In this document: positions 1-12,864 of the stretch, piece after piece | Numbering within the stretch: the stretch's first letter is position 1 | Layout: each line of letters opens with the position of its first letter | Origin: Lingula anatina | Lineage: Eukaryota; Animalia; Brachiopoda | Assembly (NCBI GenBank): GCA_051362555.1 | Contig: CM120647.1 | Location: forward strand, 11,446,651-11,510,650 | Reading direction: 5' to 3' | DNA length: 64,000 nt | Made by a program: the position numbers and the translations under genes | Notes under the pieces: generated by a model | Database searches by the model: none | Seen by the model: the letters and a program-made list of their open reading frames with translations, nothing else | What the model was told of the DNA's origin: nothing

Positions 1-725
1 AATTCACGCCTCGTCACATTTGAGTAAGAGTACGACTCACCAACATCACAGTAACTCTCGAGAACAGTGGTTTTAATTCCTGTAAAGTAACGTATATATT
101 CCGCGTCATACAGATTATTACCAGCGACTACATTACGAGGGTCTTTAGAAATCTTGATAAGATTCTCATTCCATTTTTTCCAGCGCTCTGGCTCAAATCT
201 TCCCAACTCGTACCTCGTGGACGCTATAACCAATATAGTCTTATTAAACGGCATGAAAGCTTCACACATCGCTGCTGGATGGTTACATACGAAAGCGTCC
301 ACGGACTGCATTTCGGGGTCGTCTTTGTAGCTTTTATAGAACTCTTTTTGAAGCTCCTCGCTCATTGACATCCCATTTTGTCGGTTGAGCACTCTTAATC
401 CCTTCGCACACGTTTTGGTACACACGCCCGAGAGACTCTTGTCGATTACTTTAACACCAAGAGGCTTCAGCAGATTTGTCAAATCTTTAATAGGCGAGAT
501 GTGAAAGTCATTGCTCCAAATTACCACTTTTGGAAGAGTCTTCGGCGTGCGTCCGTCTGGTGGGGCCGGCGGGCGATGAAGTAAGTGTCTTTCTGTCAGT
601 AGCAGGCCGACGACGACTAGGGCAACGGTTACAGCCAAGATACGTGAATAGCTCTTCTTCTTCCAGTTTGCGCACCAACAGACAGAGTCGACAGACCCAT
701 ATTTCACCGGTTTAACCAACACCAT
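1..725 (-). CDS. Uncharacterised type II membrane glycosyltransferase-like protein, paralogue 1 (inverted; 3' part beyond the left window edge)
   Basis: Absent from the ORF track because it has no stop in the window. Manual minus-strand translation from ATG 725 is open to position 1: MVLVKPVKYGSVDSVCWCANWKKKSYSRILAVTVALVVVGLLLTERH...VVIWSNDFHISPIKDLTNLLKPLGVKVIDKSLSGVCTKTCAKG...CNHPAAMCEAFMPFNKT...YSNVTRREF. This is near-identical to the ORFs at 6544 and 13459. A splice acceptor-like TTCACAG lies 8 nt upstream of the ATG. Confidence 0.92.
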   Translation of the reverse strand, partial: MVLVKPVKYGSVDSVCWCANWKKKSYSRILAVTVALVVVGLLLTERHLLHRPPAPPDGRTPKTLPKVVIWSNDFHISPIKDLTNLLKPLGVKVIDKSLSGVCTKTCAKGLRVLNRQNGMSMSEELQKEFYKSYKDDPEMQSVDAFVCNHPAAMCEAFMPFNKTILVIASTRYELGRFEPERWKKWNENLIKISKDPRNVVAGNNLYDAEYIRYFTGIKTTVLESYCDVGESYSYSNVTRRE

Positions 726-1525
726 ATTGCAGTCTGTGAATATAAACACCAATGGCAAGATTTAGGACCCGAACACATCATATTTTTATATCAACATAAA
801 CCCTACCTTCTCACCTCTCGAAACATGTGTAAAACACGGGCGAAATACTGTAAATAATGTAGAAATCTTTATAATACTTGAAGCGCACTCGTGTGACACG
901 CCTCAGAAATGCGAGTGCTAGATGTGTATTTCACCTCGTTCTAAAAAAATTGACAAACCTGAATTTACAATATATATGTACTGCCAGAAACCCGGTTTTC
1001 TTGGCTCTGGTGCCCCTGTTGTTTTTTATCCTTGTGCACTTTAAACTTCTTACAGAAATCTTTAAATAGAAAATTTCGGGCACCAAAAACGGGGCGCCAT
1101 TTGCAATCACCCGTGTCGATAAATCTTCCATTTTACCATTCTAAATCCATTTTTTATGACAACTAACCTTGAAATTCTGAATCCCTGGATATTCCCGCTT
1201 CTTTTTCTATCCTATCGTTTAATCACATCAACTGATGACAAAAATACACATGAAAAATACGAAAAGCTAAAACGTCGTCCATTTTCACTCGATATTGCGG
1301 AAAGTAGTGCAAAAATGGCCTTCTCTTCAGTCAGTGTGCACGCGCAGCTAGGATTATGCGCACACTCTGTTGGTTGGCTTATATGCACAATTCTAATATA
1401 CTTGGATGCTCGTAAGTTAATGAACACCTTACTATTATTTCACAGCCTATGGCAGTCGTTATTTGAATAGGTCAGTATGACGGTACAGCTTTCTTTCACA
1501 TTTCATATAATTCTACTATTATTAA

Positions 1526-1751
1526 GGGTTCATTCCCAATGAAGCTTTATCGTTTTACGTACGATCCAACTCTAACTCTCGATGAATGCAATCAGATAAA
1601 CAGTTTAGGCCGCCTTCACCTAGTTTCCAAGGTACTTGTGAAATCACCAACTTTTTTATTCTCTACTCAAGAGGACTGTTGATCTGTTAATCTTATTGCA
1701 TTCAGTTAAAGCCCCAGCGGAGTTAGGCTGATCTACGTAGGGAATGAGCCC
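1526..1751. mobile_element. Palindromic MITE, PIF/Harbinger (Tourist)-like
   Basis: Terminal inverted repeats GGGTTCATTCCC...GGGAATGAGCCC, an internal inverted pair TGAATGCAATCAGATAAACAG / CTGTTAATCTTATTGCATTCA, and TAA and TGA flanks. Confidence 0.7.
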
Positions 1752-2049
1752 TGAGGTTGGACATTTCTATGATTTTACTAAAAAAATGCCATGAAAATGG
1801 ACACAATTATCTACTCACACAGCAAAATGCATTCCCTGGTTTAAAAATCTCATTATGAAAATTAACGTTTTCTTGTCAATTTTGGAGAAGACTTTAAAAG
1901 TCGTGCCCATGAAGTAATCCAAAAATGTGGTGAATTTTAAGAGGTCCCATCTGAGTACAGTACATAGTCGGACGGTGGATAGTAATCGTGTGTCACTGGC
2001 CGCAGCTGGTTTAAGGATTACAGTAGGCCAACTGCCCAAAATGCACTCC

Positions 2050-2120
2050 GATCAAAGTCGTGCTTATTGAGAAAATTGGAACATAAAAAAAGTGGTGCTT
2101 AACTTATGGACCCCAGTGTA
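2050..2120. mobile_element. Possible Tc1/mariner-type terminus fragment
   Basis: Ends ...AACTTATGGACCCCAGTG-TA, resembling a Tc1-like TIR next to a TA target site. The partner end was not found. Confidence 0.35.
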
Positions 2121-3113
2121 TACATATTGATGAAAGGCATTATAACAATAGGCATAACTCAATGCAAAAAATGCTAGTCATTTTATTTTCCAACTGGGTG
2201 ACCAAACATAATGCACTCCATACAACCCTGCGTCACTGTTATGAAAAGTGATGCTGTACTTACCTTATTCATAGATTTGAAAACTGGTTAAATAAAGTAC
2301 AAATACCTGTTGTTAATTCTTTATTCTCAGCAAACATCACCTCAAGTCTCTCCGTCACATACGACCCCTGGTGTCGTGAGGGAACTTTAAAGGTACGAAA
2401 ACCAATACACAATAACTACGTACACGTACATACAGTACATTTCAGTAGCATTGTGAAATAGACATAATCTAAAACATGACCGTCTCAGTGAAAAGGGCAC
2501 AGTATGGGTTTTTAGGCGTATTTGTTTTCAATTCTCCCCTTCCATTGTACAAGAAAATCGGAGAAATAATAAAAAAAGTACAGGCATAGTGACGACCTTT
2601 GAATTATCACGAACGTTATCTGCATTGAACTCATCATCAGTGGTGCATGGAGACGTCGTTCTGAGGTCTAGCATGTGAAAGCACGGCCTCTCTTCTGTTG
2701 ACAAATTGAATTCATCATCAATTACCTGCTTCAACGATTTGTAATATACACTGTGTTAAAAGAAGGGCTAGTGAAAATAAAATTAAATATGTTCGCCCTC
2801 TATAAGTTTTACATACACGTCTTTTCTCTATGAAAATGGTATATTGTCTCCCCTTCTCAATCATCATTTGTGATCGGAAAATTCTTAATTTACATAGTAT
2901 TTGTCTATTTTATGATGAAGAACATTTCATGGATCATTCTGGCCATCAAAATCGCCAGCGATAGCACTTCAGTTAGAAGTGATCAGATGAACAGGAACTT
3001 ACGAAGATTTTTTTTTTTTTTTGACTCGGTAAGCCGTACTGAAGATGGACGCTGATAATTATGTTCTATGCATTATGTCATGCAATAGCGGTCAAGTGCA
3101 TTTCCTCTTCAAT

Positions 3114-3120
<7 letters not shown>

Positions 3121-3147
<27 letters not shown>
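3121..3147. repeat. (CT)n microsatellite
   Basis: Direct reading. Confidence 0.9.
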
Positions 3148-3151
<4 letters not shown>

Positions 3152-3299
3152 AAACATCAACCTCATTTACAGCACTTACTGGTAGAAATAGTAGGCCCAA
3201 AATTCGTACAAGCAGGTTATTTATTTATTTACCTGTTTACTGCCTATGTTACTTATCTAGACACAGGAATTAAATCTGATCCTATACGTATACTCAAAC

Positions 3300-4650
3300 A
3301 AACTGCAAACAAAAATGCCCTCATTCTATCTTTGCACCGTATGTGTAATGCCATCACTGTGCAAACGTTACAGAACTTATGATTCCACGCACAGACGCGC
3401 CAAGTGCGTCCTCAAATTCAGAGGATACTGAAAGAAATACTAAAATGTGACTTTGATTTTTTACTATGGTTAGTTTATTCATTGATTGTACAATAAGTAA
3501 CTTTTTGTAAATAAAAATCCCTTCAGAAGTTGAATAAAGAACATGGGTTTATGACATGAATTTTTGTTCACTTCTCGCATTGCGTTAGGGGTGACGCTTT
3601 TTTAGTAGGAGACAATATATGATAAACACATTTCATAGAGAAGTAAGGTCACTTTGGGGGTAACAAAGCCAAATGAATATTTTTTAATAGAGCATCAAGA
3701 GCTTTCCAAAACATTTTACTTTTTGAAATCAAGCAAGCCAACCAAAAGTCATGAATCTACAAGAATGCGAGTCGGCCACAAAATTTTTGAAAAGGGTCTT
3801 ATATGAGAACATATGTAACAGTTAAAGCAAAAAGTGTCATCAAATTACCTCATCAATTGAACAAAATTGGCATAACTTTTGAGTGGAATAAAATATTTAT
3901 TAAAAAATTTCTGGACAGTTACAATATGCCGGGGGAAACATGCCAAGATAAAAGTTTCTGGAATTCATCCATTATATTTAGGGCAATTGTCTCTAAATGT
4001 CAATAGCGATCAATATTTATTTTAGATTTTCAACTGTAAAAAGTCCAAAGACTACTTTTGGATGGAAATGATCTCTACATAACTACATAGCAAAAATGAT
4101 AATGGCTTCTTATATATCTATTGCTTTTGTAACAGTTTCAATTATTTCTAACACATTATCCCAAATTTTTTCAACTGAATATGAAATGGAACACACTCTT
4201 TTGGTACTCAATAAAATTTGATATAATTTTTACACATATTTTCACATTTACCATTGGACCACAATCTTGGAAGTTATGAAAGCAAACAAACAGTCATGTC
4301 AGATTTTTTTCCCGTTTGGACCCACCCAAACCCAATATAGAGGTGCATTTCACATGCTGAAGTGTCCAAAAATAAAATTGAATGAATTCAAAGTTGTGTT
4401 CAATTTTTTAAAAACATAATTGTGTATAGAACACAAATCCATGACTGTCTCAATTTAAATTTTATTTTAACCATGTCTTTACATTATGTAAAGAGCCCTA
4501 AATGGTAACGTACGTTCCAGTAACGTATGTTCATTTAATTTTAATTTTTTTTTAATTTTAATTTTTATGCCTCGTTAAGAGCGTGCCTGTGACCTCATTT
4601 GCACCCATATGTTCGGTTTGGGTGAACCGTGAGAGTGGCGTGACCTGACC
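3300..4650. mobile_element. About 1.3-kb AT-rich insertion(s) interrupting the duplicated upstream region of paralogue 2
   Basis: The blocks at 3210-3290 and 4655-4820 are homologous to nearly contiguous sequence at 12004-12250, where this stretch is absent. The part at 4520-4625 also recurs at 8850-9065. The element class could not be determined. Confidence 0.5.
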
Positions 4651-6543
4651 GGATCTGAACAAGTCCCGAGGCATATGGAGCCATATGTTTTTATCATTTC
4701 ATCGTGGACGTTTTATCATAAAAGCATTTTACGACCATTTTCAACACATCACACGAGGAACTGAAAAAGGGGAAGCAAGTTCACGCTGAAGGTTATATGT
4801 GCATCAACCCTACACGTGGGGTTAAATGCACATAGCAAAACCCAAAAGACTGTCAGGCAACTTAGCTGATGATACTGATTGCACTTTTGTTTTAATGTCA
4901 GAGGTAACCTCTCCATATCTAGCTGGCTAGAGGATTATTTCCCTCAGAAAATCATCTCTCCACAGTTTACAGGCTACAGAATCAGCAGTCGTTTACATTT
5001 TTGTTTTAGCGAAGTTTTCGGTGGCGGGGAGGATATCGGCGTAACGAAACTGAGGTGTAACCCGAAAGTCTGCCCCCAGTTATAATGATTAGGGTTAGCC
5101 TGGCCAAAGTGGGTCAAAATCTAGGTTGAGGTTTACCTGTACACTCCTGTTATGTGACGCCCCATTCATTTCTAAACGAAAAGACAATTGAATCATGTTT
5201 GAGTTTCTGTTTAAAATATTTTCCACCAAAGTCCCCGAACATCTCTTTGCTTAAGCTACGCGTTACCATATATTTCTAAAGGTCAGAACGAGTAACTGGT
5301 CAAATGTTACAACAAACGATAATTAACGATAAACCCAACAAATTTCAGTATTGCTCATTTTTTGATCATGAGATAACTTAAATAACACTGTCAGGAGGAT
5401 TCCGCCTAAATCCTAGAAATATTCCTTGGTTATAACTCTCGTTAATATATCATACCCGTGAGTAGTATAGGACCCTTTAATACATGTACCTTGTCAAATG
5501 ACTGTTATAAGTCCTCTGAGGGCAAAAAGCACATACATTGTTTGAAAAAGATTTTTAAATATCATAAGAATGACATTGTATGTTCATATATGATTAGCAG
5601 CTAAATGAAATGTCACCTCAAACAAAATTTGTCATTTAGTATATTTTAAATTTGAGAAAGCAAACTGCAAAGATTTGGGCAGGCAAAGCGTATACTTCAC
5701 ACATGCTCCCTAGAAAGCTGCTCTCACAGGAGCAGGAGGTTACGCCCATATAGTAGGATTGGGGCACCTGGTAAAATACAGCTATCTTCTCAGAATATAT
5801 TTTCTTTATGTATAATCAAAATTGAATAAATGATAAAAGGTTAACCTGTGTGTTCTTCCGAAAGGGGAAGTTGTACATTTAGACAGAAAAAAAGGGATTT
5901 TTAATTATCTTTTTCGCATGCAAAAATTCCACAAATATGATCTTTTGATCTAGAATACCCTTTCTTTAAAATAGGCCATTTGAACATCTTTTCCGAAAAA
6001 TAAAAGCCAAGATGATCTTTTATACCTTTCCTTAAAAAACGAAATGTCTAGGAAAGGTGCGAAAAGGTCAATTAGAGGGCATTCACAACAGATGATCCTC
6101 GGATGCACTGATCCGCAGATCAAATATGGCGGACCCTACAAGAAAGCAAGACCGCTTCATCCCGTAATGGTCTCTTCCCCTACCACACGCCATTAAAAGG
6201 CAGCAGAAGCATAATGCTTTTCCTATACATCACCGGAGTAGATTTGGAAGCTAATTAGCATATTTGAAACATGCTTCTATCAAACTGCTAATATTCCTTT
6301 CTGTACAACCCTGTGTGTTTTTGGTTTAGACGTGCAGCATCCTATACTGCATCTCCACTACATACATGTTCCATACCACTGCGCCATTAATACTAAAATG
6401 CTTCCTAGATAATACTGCATTTTCGTGCGGGATCTGTATTCATAATATGCATCAACCTTAGGCACATTGCCGAAAGCTATTTTATTCGTGAGCAATAGTT
6501 ATGGATCTCACACAGATATAAATGCATACGTGTTTAATATGAA

Positions 6544-7893
6544 ATGATAAGCCACAACAAGGCGACTATGATGTCTGTAACGCGGCTTGTCTCTTTTCTC
6601 ATTGCATCTTCTTGCAGAGCCTTGAAATGGAACAATAAAAAACGGTATTCACGCACCTTGGTGGTGGTCGTGGCAGTCGTGGTTGTGGCGTTGCTGTCAG
6701 AAAGAATAATGGTTCATCGCACGCCACAGAACTTTCCAAACGTGGTGATTTGGAGCAGTGACTTTCACATCTCACCCATCAAGGACGTGACAAATCTGCT
6801 GAAGCCTCTTGGTGTTAAAGTGATCGACATGAGTCTCTCGGGCGCGTGTACCAAGACGTGTGCGCGTGGGCTTAGAGTGCTCAACCGACAAAATGGGATG
6901 TCAATGAGCGAGGAGCTACAGGGAGAGTTCTACAAGAGCTACAAAGACGACCCCGTGATGCAGTTAGTGGATGTGTTCGTATGTAACCATCCAGCAGCGA
7001 TGTGTGAAGCTTTCATGCCGTTTAATAAGACTATATTGGTTATAGCGTCCACGAGGTACGAGTTGGGAAGATTTGAGCCGGAGCGCTGGAAAAAATGGAA
7101 TGAGAATCTTATCAAGATTTCTAAAGACCCTCGTAATGTAGTCGCTGGTAATAATCTGTATGACGCGGAATATATACGTTATTTTACCGGTATTGAAACC
7201 ACTGTGCTCGAGAGTTACTGCGATGTTGGTGAGACGTACTCTTACTCAAATGTGACGAAGCGAGAATTCCTTTTGGCGCCGTGTCATGTTGGTCACTTTG
7301 AGGCTTCGTTTTTAGAGAGGTTTAAGACAGCTGTTTCCAAGAAGACTTCTAAAGTTCAACTGGTAAAGTTAAGGAGTCTATACAATCGTTATAAATATAG
7401 TGATCTTACCAACCACCCCGGCATAGTGTATATACCGTACCAAGTATCCGTAATGTCTCTGTTTGAACAATACAGGATGGGCATCCCACTTTTCTTCCCG
7501 TCTTTAGATCTTCTCACAGAATGGCAACGGAGGTATCATGTCCTAAGCGAACGAACATGGGATATGACCAGGTCCAGCAAAATGTCGGTTATCCCGCAGG
7601 GTTCCCGCATCCAAGGTGTCCTTAATGCTTCTGTTCCAGACCCCAACAACGAGGTCGACGCGGATGCCATCAAGTACTGGTTAAAATTTTCTGATTTCTA
7701 TCAGTGGCCACATATTACGTATTACAATTCAATCGAGGACTTGGTGGACAAGTTAGAGACGGCAGACCTGGCGGATATCAGCAGGAAAATGAAGGAACAT
7801 AACTTGAAAGTGAAAGAAAGGCTTTTGAACCAATGGAGGGGCATTCTGTCCCGTTCGAAATCTTCAAATGACTACAATAATGTCATCTTATGA
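6544..7893 (+). CDS. Uncharacterised type II membrane glycosyltransferase-like protein, paralogue 2 (449 aa, single coding exon)
   Basis: Long intact ORF with a basic cytosolic tail and TM segment (TLVVVVAVVVVALL). Luminal domain motifs: WSSDFHISP, GACTKTC, CNHPAAMCE, STRYELGR, GNNLYDAEY and YIPYQVSVMSLFEQYRMGIPLFFPS (resembles the GT-B 'E-x-x-x-G-x-P' nucleotide-sugar-binding segment). N-glycosylation sequons NKT, NVT and NAS. The start could be M1 or the nearby M9/M10. Confidence 0.9.
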   Translation: MISHNKATMMSVTRLVSFLIASSCRALKWNNKKRYSRTLVVVVAVVVVALLSERIMVHRTPQNFPNVVIWSSDFHISPIKDVTNLLKPLGVKVIDMSLSGACTKTCARGLRVLNRQNGMSMSEELQGEFYKSYKDDPVMQLVDVFVCNHPAAMCEAFMPFNKTILVIASTRYELGRFEPERWKKWNENLIKISKDPRNVVAGNNLYDAEYIRYFTGIETTVLESYCDVGETYSYSNVTKREFLLAPCHVGHFEASFLERFKTAVSKKTSKVQLVKLRSLYNRYKYSDLTNHPGIVYIPYQVSVMSLFEQYRMGIPLFFPSLDLLTEWQRRYHVLSERTWDMTRSSKMSVIPQGSRIQGVLNASVPDPNNEVDADAIKYWLKFSDFYQWPHITYYNSIEDLVDKLETADLADISRKMKEHNLKVKERLLNQWRGILSRSKSSNDYNNVIL

Positions 7894-8884
7894 CCGTATG
7901 TGGATATTCCCACGCAGTGATACAAGCAAAACACGTTTGGCAGTCTAATTGTCAGTGTTAGTGCAAAAGTATTTCATCAACTCTAAAGACGTCTTGTTAA
8001 AGATCGGTAGTTCATGAGTTTTTTTTTTTTTCGTTCGGTACATTGTTTTACTAAAAGGAGTCTTTATCAATTTACCCGTCATTCAGGATCAGACACCAAA
8101 TGTCATCACTGTTACCTTCAGTAAATATCCACACTCTCTTTGTCTCAGTGACATATCGTTCTTTAAGCTTATTGGTCAATTTATACATTCATGATCTTTA
8201 ATTCCTTATTATTTATTACATAAGATTCGGGTTCATAGGGTTGTCATTTAAGCATTTAGTTTGTTTTTTTTTTCTAGCACGGGCTAAATTTAAGTAACCA
8301 GTTGTGGATATCACAGTTTCTGTCTTTGTTGCCCGCACTTATGCATATTACCTGTATAATACTATAGATTTTGGTTGTATGATTAGGTTTATGTATATAT
8401 GACATAAGGATAATTTTATTGATACTTAAACTATAACTCAAGGGTCTTTGCGTCATGGCTAACACCACGTAACGTATGTTCCTCAGAAAAAATGTCGGGT
8501 AGTTTCATATTCCCCTAGTACTTGGTGCAATAGGCAACATGGTTTTCTGTTTCTGACTGAAAAATGTATTGTGATTCCATGATAGTTTGACATCTTTGAT
8601 ATAATATTGGACCACAAATAGAAATTAGTTTCTTTAATGTTTATTTTACTGGCAGTAGAGTGTATTACCCCCTTTTATAATATTCAGTGACGAGCAAACT
8701 TAAGTCGCTCAAAAAAGTATTTGCTCCATACAGAGGATTATCATAATTTTTACAACGTTATATTTGTCGGAGAATAAAACCAGTGATGAATGAATTTTCA
8801 AAGTGGGTATAATAACGTTCCCACATTTGGACGCTTTGCATTTGTGACAGTAACGTATGTTCCTTTTTGGAGTTAGACGATGAT

Positions 8885-8885
<1 letters not shown>

Positions 8886-8922
<37 letters not shown>
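8886..8922. repeat. (TAT)n microsatellite
   Basis: Direct reading. Confidence 0.9.
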
Positions 8923-8923
<1 letters not shown>

Positions 8924-9533
8924 GTGATTCCACGAGAGTGAAACTTTGATACAAACCTCATCATGTGGGACCCTAAAATAATATAACGTAGTTTGCAATC
9001 TGTACGTTAAAAATTTTATGAGCATGCCTGTGACCTCATTTGCATATCTGTATTGGCTTTGGGTGGGAAACGCTTTCACCAGTGTAGCAGCGTTTCCCGT
9101 GTCTTCATATAAAATCACACTTGTGTAAGTAATAATTGTCGTTACGGTGCATTTCAAATTTCTAACACACGGGTTAAAACAGGTATTGTAGTTTTTCAAA
9201 TAACTGCTTTGACCTGTGCGGTGGATAACTATTCAATGAAACCATTAACGACATGAAAACATATATCCTTTAACTGATTACAGTATTTACAAAACATCAT
9301 CATTTTCATCTTTATCGACATCTTCATTACTATCTGATACCTCTCATGTTAGATATACATAACCGTTTGGACATTCTCAGGGTTAGGTCCGTAGTGCAGC
9401 CTTTAATAAATCAGGGAAGTACATGTAGTATGTTTTGTTCTGTGTCCATCAAGTGTTTCCTTGATAATGTCACTGTCACCTGCTTCGGCTTGCACCACAA
9501 AACTCGGTGTGATTTTATATGGCTACACTACTC

Positions 9534-9844
9534 CAGTGGCGGATTTAGAGGGGGGGGGGGGGTCAGGGGGATCCTGCCCCCCCCCCCTTCGGTTTCTAAA
9601 AAATATATCACATCAATGTTCCCCTCTTGAAATTAGAATTTTGACTGGCTAAATCATAGTTCTAAACCGTACCAAAGGGCACAGTTTGCTCTCCAGAACC
9701 CCCCCCCCAAAAAAAAAAAAAAAAAAAAAATTGGGGCCCCTTGAGCAGGCCACGAACCCCACACCAAGAGGGTGATGGTCGGCTTCGCATCCGAGGTCTG
9801 TCGTTTCGGACCCCCTCCTTCAAATAATCCTGGATCCACCCCTG
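9534..9844. mobile_element. Non-autonomous DNA element with CAG(T/G)GG(C/T)GGAT termini and poly-G/poly-C interior
   Basis: Imperfect TIRs CAGTGGCGGATTTAG ... CCTGGATCCACCCCTG. No clean TSD. Confidence 0.65.
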
Positions 9845-10631
9845 CTATATGTACTCCATCCCTTCATATTTAGCTGTGACTTCCTAAACAAGTCAAGTTT
9901 CTGTAACCTTCATAAAGCAATACAGTGCGAGTGATGCAATGCCAAATGTTGATTAAGAATTCATTTTTTTACAATATATACATTATAATATATCTGCCGC
10001 GGGTACTCTCTGGCCACGAGGTTCGTTAGTAGTCTATTAAATAATATTAAATAATATTGTGTTCCTCAATTTGTGAACTATTTTAGAGGCTCTGGTGATA
10101 TCATAAGGTATGCCGCGGGAAACAGCTTGACTTACACGTATAGGGCGTACATCGACTTCATCAGACGGAGTTTTACTTGATATTTTCCTTTTTTCAACAA
10201 CAAGAACAAATAGAAATAGTAATTCAAGGGTGAAGGATGAATGTCCTCAACGTGTACAGGATACTTACACATCCATTACATTAGCTGCACGCGTAGCTGT
10301 GACTCTCTACCTTTGATGGCTTACATTAATGAAATTGTGTTGGAGCAGACAAGTGAGCTTCGGGGCCTGTTTGTGAAATAGAATAGACTGTCTGTAATGT
10401 GTTTTCGTCCAATTGGGTTTTCAGTCTTACAACGACCTAACATTTGCAACAAGGATTATCAAGAGTAATGTCAACACTTGCCATTTCTAGACACGCTTCA
10501 TCAAACATGTCACATTTTTAAATGTGCTTTTCTTCACTTTTCTGTTCATAGCGTGAAATTGACTCCTATATTAACTCTAGTAGTTATAGCCTGAGCAGTA
10601 GTTAGTTATCTGTTCTGTAATCAACATAAAA

Positions 10632-10805
10632 CAGGCCCGTAGCCAGGGGTGTTCGGGGGGTTCGAAAAAACGGCCCCTTTTGCTGGGAAAAGGTCCACTC
10701 TGGGTAAAATTTGATCTTAGTTCTAGGTACATGAAGTTTTTATGGGAAGAGGTCCACTTTTTCAGAAAAAGAACCCCCCTTTTGAAATTGCTGGTTACGG
10801 GCCTG
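10632..10805. mobile_element. 174-bp MITE with 15-bp TIRs
   Basis: CAGGCCCGTAGCCAG ... CTGGTTACGGGCCTG (one mismatch), flanked by TAAAA on both sides. Confidence 0.8.
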
Positions 10806-12448
10806 TAAAATATACTCGCCATTTTATGCCCCAGCTACATCAAGAATGATTTTAGACCTGCCCTTTACTATAGTAGATACAGTATAGTGTAGGCCTTTTT
10901 TACCGATTTGCATTCTGACTTTTGCACACTGACCAGTCAATAAATTCAACTAAGATATTAAAAGACGTCTGACGGCAGAAGCAGTAGTCACAGAGGTCTG
11001 ATGAACAGTGGGTGAGGTAGACACACGCGTTAGATTTCTTTCACTCTTGTAAGATTTGATCCATTCTCCGATTCAAAATCACATCCTTGTATCATAAAGT
11101 GGAATACTAACTGCTCACAAGCATGCACTGCTATGTATTGATTATCATTTTTCCAATTATTTTTTTGTTTGTGGTGAGAGCATTAAAAATAAAAAATAAT
11201 ATTTATTGGGTATAAATACAGAGAATAAACACACGTTATCTATGTATACAAATGAATATAACAGAGAAGTAATAAGCCGCATAGGGGTCTGGTCTCTCGT
11301 GAGAATGGTTATGCTTTTTATCAATGAATTTTAATTCATTTAATTTAAAAATCATAACTAATTTGTTTCGGGCTAGTGCAGGTTGATAATAGTATAGAAA
11401 AGTAGACTATGGTCCAAATATCATAATGAAATGATTGCTTGTTCTTTAACGTTCAAAATCAATTAGCTTATTGAAAGTAATATTATTGGTTGACATAGGG
11501 ATTGTTGGAGATTCTATATGATTTTTCTACATAATTCCATAAGGTAGGACTGCAAGTTTAAGATCTTATCTTAAATTAAAGGTCTTAGCTTTTTTATTAT
11601 TGTTGCATTTATTTAATGTATCGTCAAAACATCTCATCGTGCTGGAAACACAGCTCCAAGTTTATGTGACGCAATATTGGATTTTTTGGGGCAAAAACAT
11701 AATTTTCGTTTTCCTGATTTTCTCAGGCACCTGGACAGCTATAAACATATTTTTAATGGTATTGTGGCACTACAGAGTCACTACAAAAGGGGTTCTTATT
11801 TGATTTTTCCATAAAGAGTTACTGTTGATGTTATCTATAAATAAGTGATTTTAGCCCCATTTGGGTACAGTCCCACCTTAAGGATTATTATAGGAAAAAA
11901 TCAAATAAAAGTACCAGTGTCCATTGGGCTATGTAAGGCATTGTTAAAACTGAATAAAAGTTATCTTTTATGGTGGCGATATCGTAGGACCACAGTTCAT
12001 ATAAGCAAGTTATTTACCTGTTTTCCGTACGTATCTAGACACAAGAATTGATTGTGATCTATATGTACTGGTATATGATACAATCTAAACAGGCCCCGAG
12101 GCATATGAATTCATTCGCAGGCAGTGTCATGCGGTATTCATAAAGTTTTTATCATAAAAACATTATACGTCCATTTTCAACATACGAAACAAGGCACTAT
12201 AGATAGCAGCGAATGAAAGCTATGCTATGTACATGAACCCTACACGTGTCTTTTGGACACCCCCAGAAAACATCATCGTAATCATTGACTAACGCTATTG
12301 CTGCAGAAACAATACTTTGGTGGGTTCTTCAATGGCCGTGTTTCACTGAGGAGTTAGCACGTAGTATATTTCAGCGTGATCTAGGATTGTCAGGTAACTT
12401 AGTACCAGCATATACGCATGAGTGAAACAGTGAGGTGGATTTGTGACT

Positions 12449-12479
<31 letters not shown>

Positions 12480-12559
12480 TTTGAAGAGGGAATGTTAATG
12501 ACCGCTATTGCATGACCAGTCTCACGACAGGCTTTGTGAAAACTGCGAAATTATACAAC

Positions 12560-12864
12560 TGCTCTTGATTTGGTCTTAAAGTGCAACTTTAGATCACAAA
12601 TGATCTTACACGGTCTTAATCATTACAGCAGTGGTCTTAAAATGGACAAAATCTGCTTTTAAGATAAAAAATGATCTAACATCTACTTAAGTGGTCAAGC
12701 AATATCCTCCCCGCACAATGGAGGACACCTCTGCTCACAATAGGAGAACGTGTGAGGGGAGAAAATCGCATGGCGAGTCCGTCCAGTAATGGTCTTACTC
12801 ACGGTTTAAGACCATGTAAGATTGTTTTTGATCTGAAATTGCAGTTTAAGAAGAATCAGGTGCA
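12560..12864. mobile_element. MITE with about 60-bp imperfect terminal inverted repeats
   Basis: TGCTCTTGATTTGGTCTTAAAGTGCAACTTTAGATCACAAATGATCTTACACGGTCTTAA matches the reverse complement of TTAAGACCATGTAAGATTGTTTTTGATCTGAAATTGCAGTTTAAGAAGAATCAGGTGCA. Confidence 0.7.
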
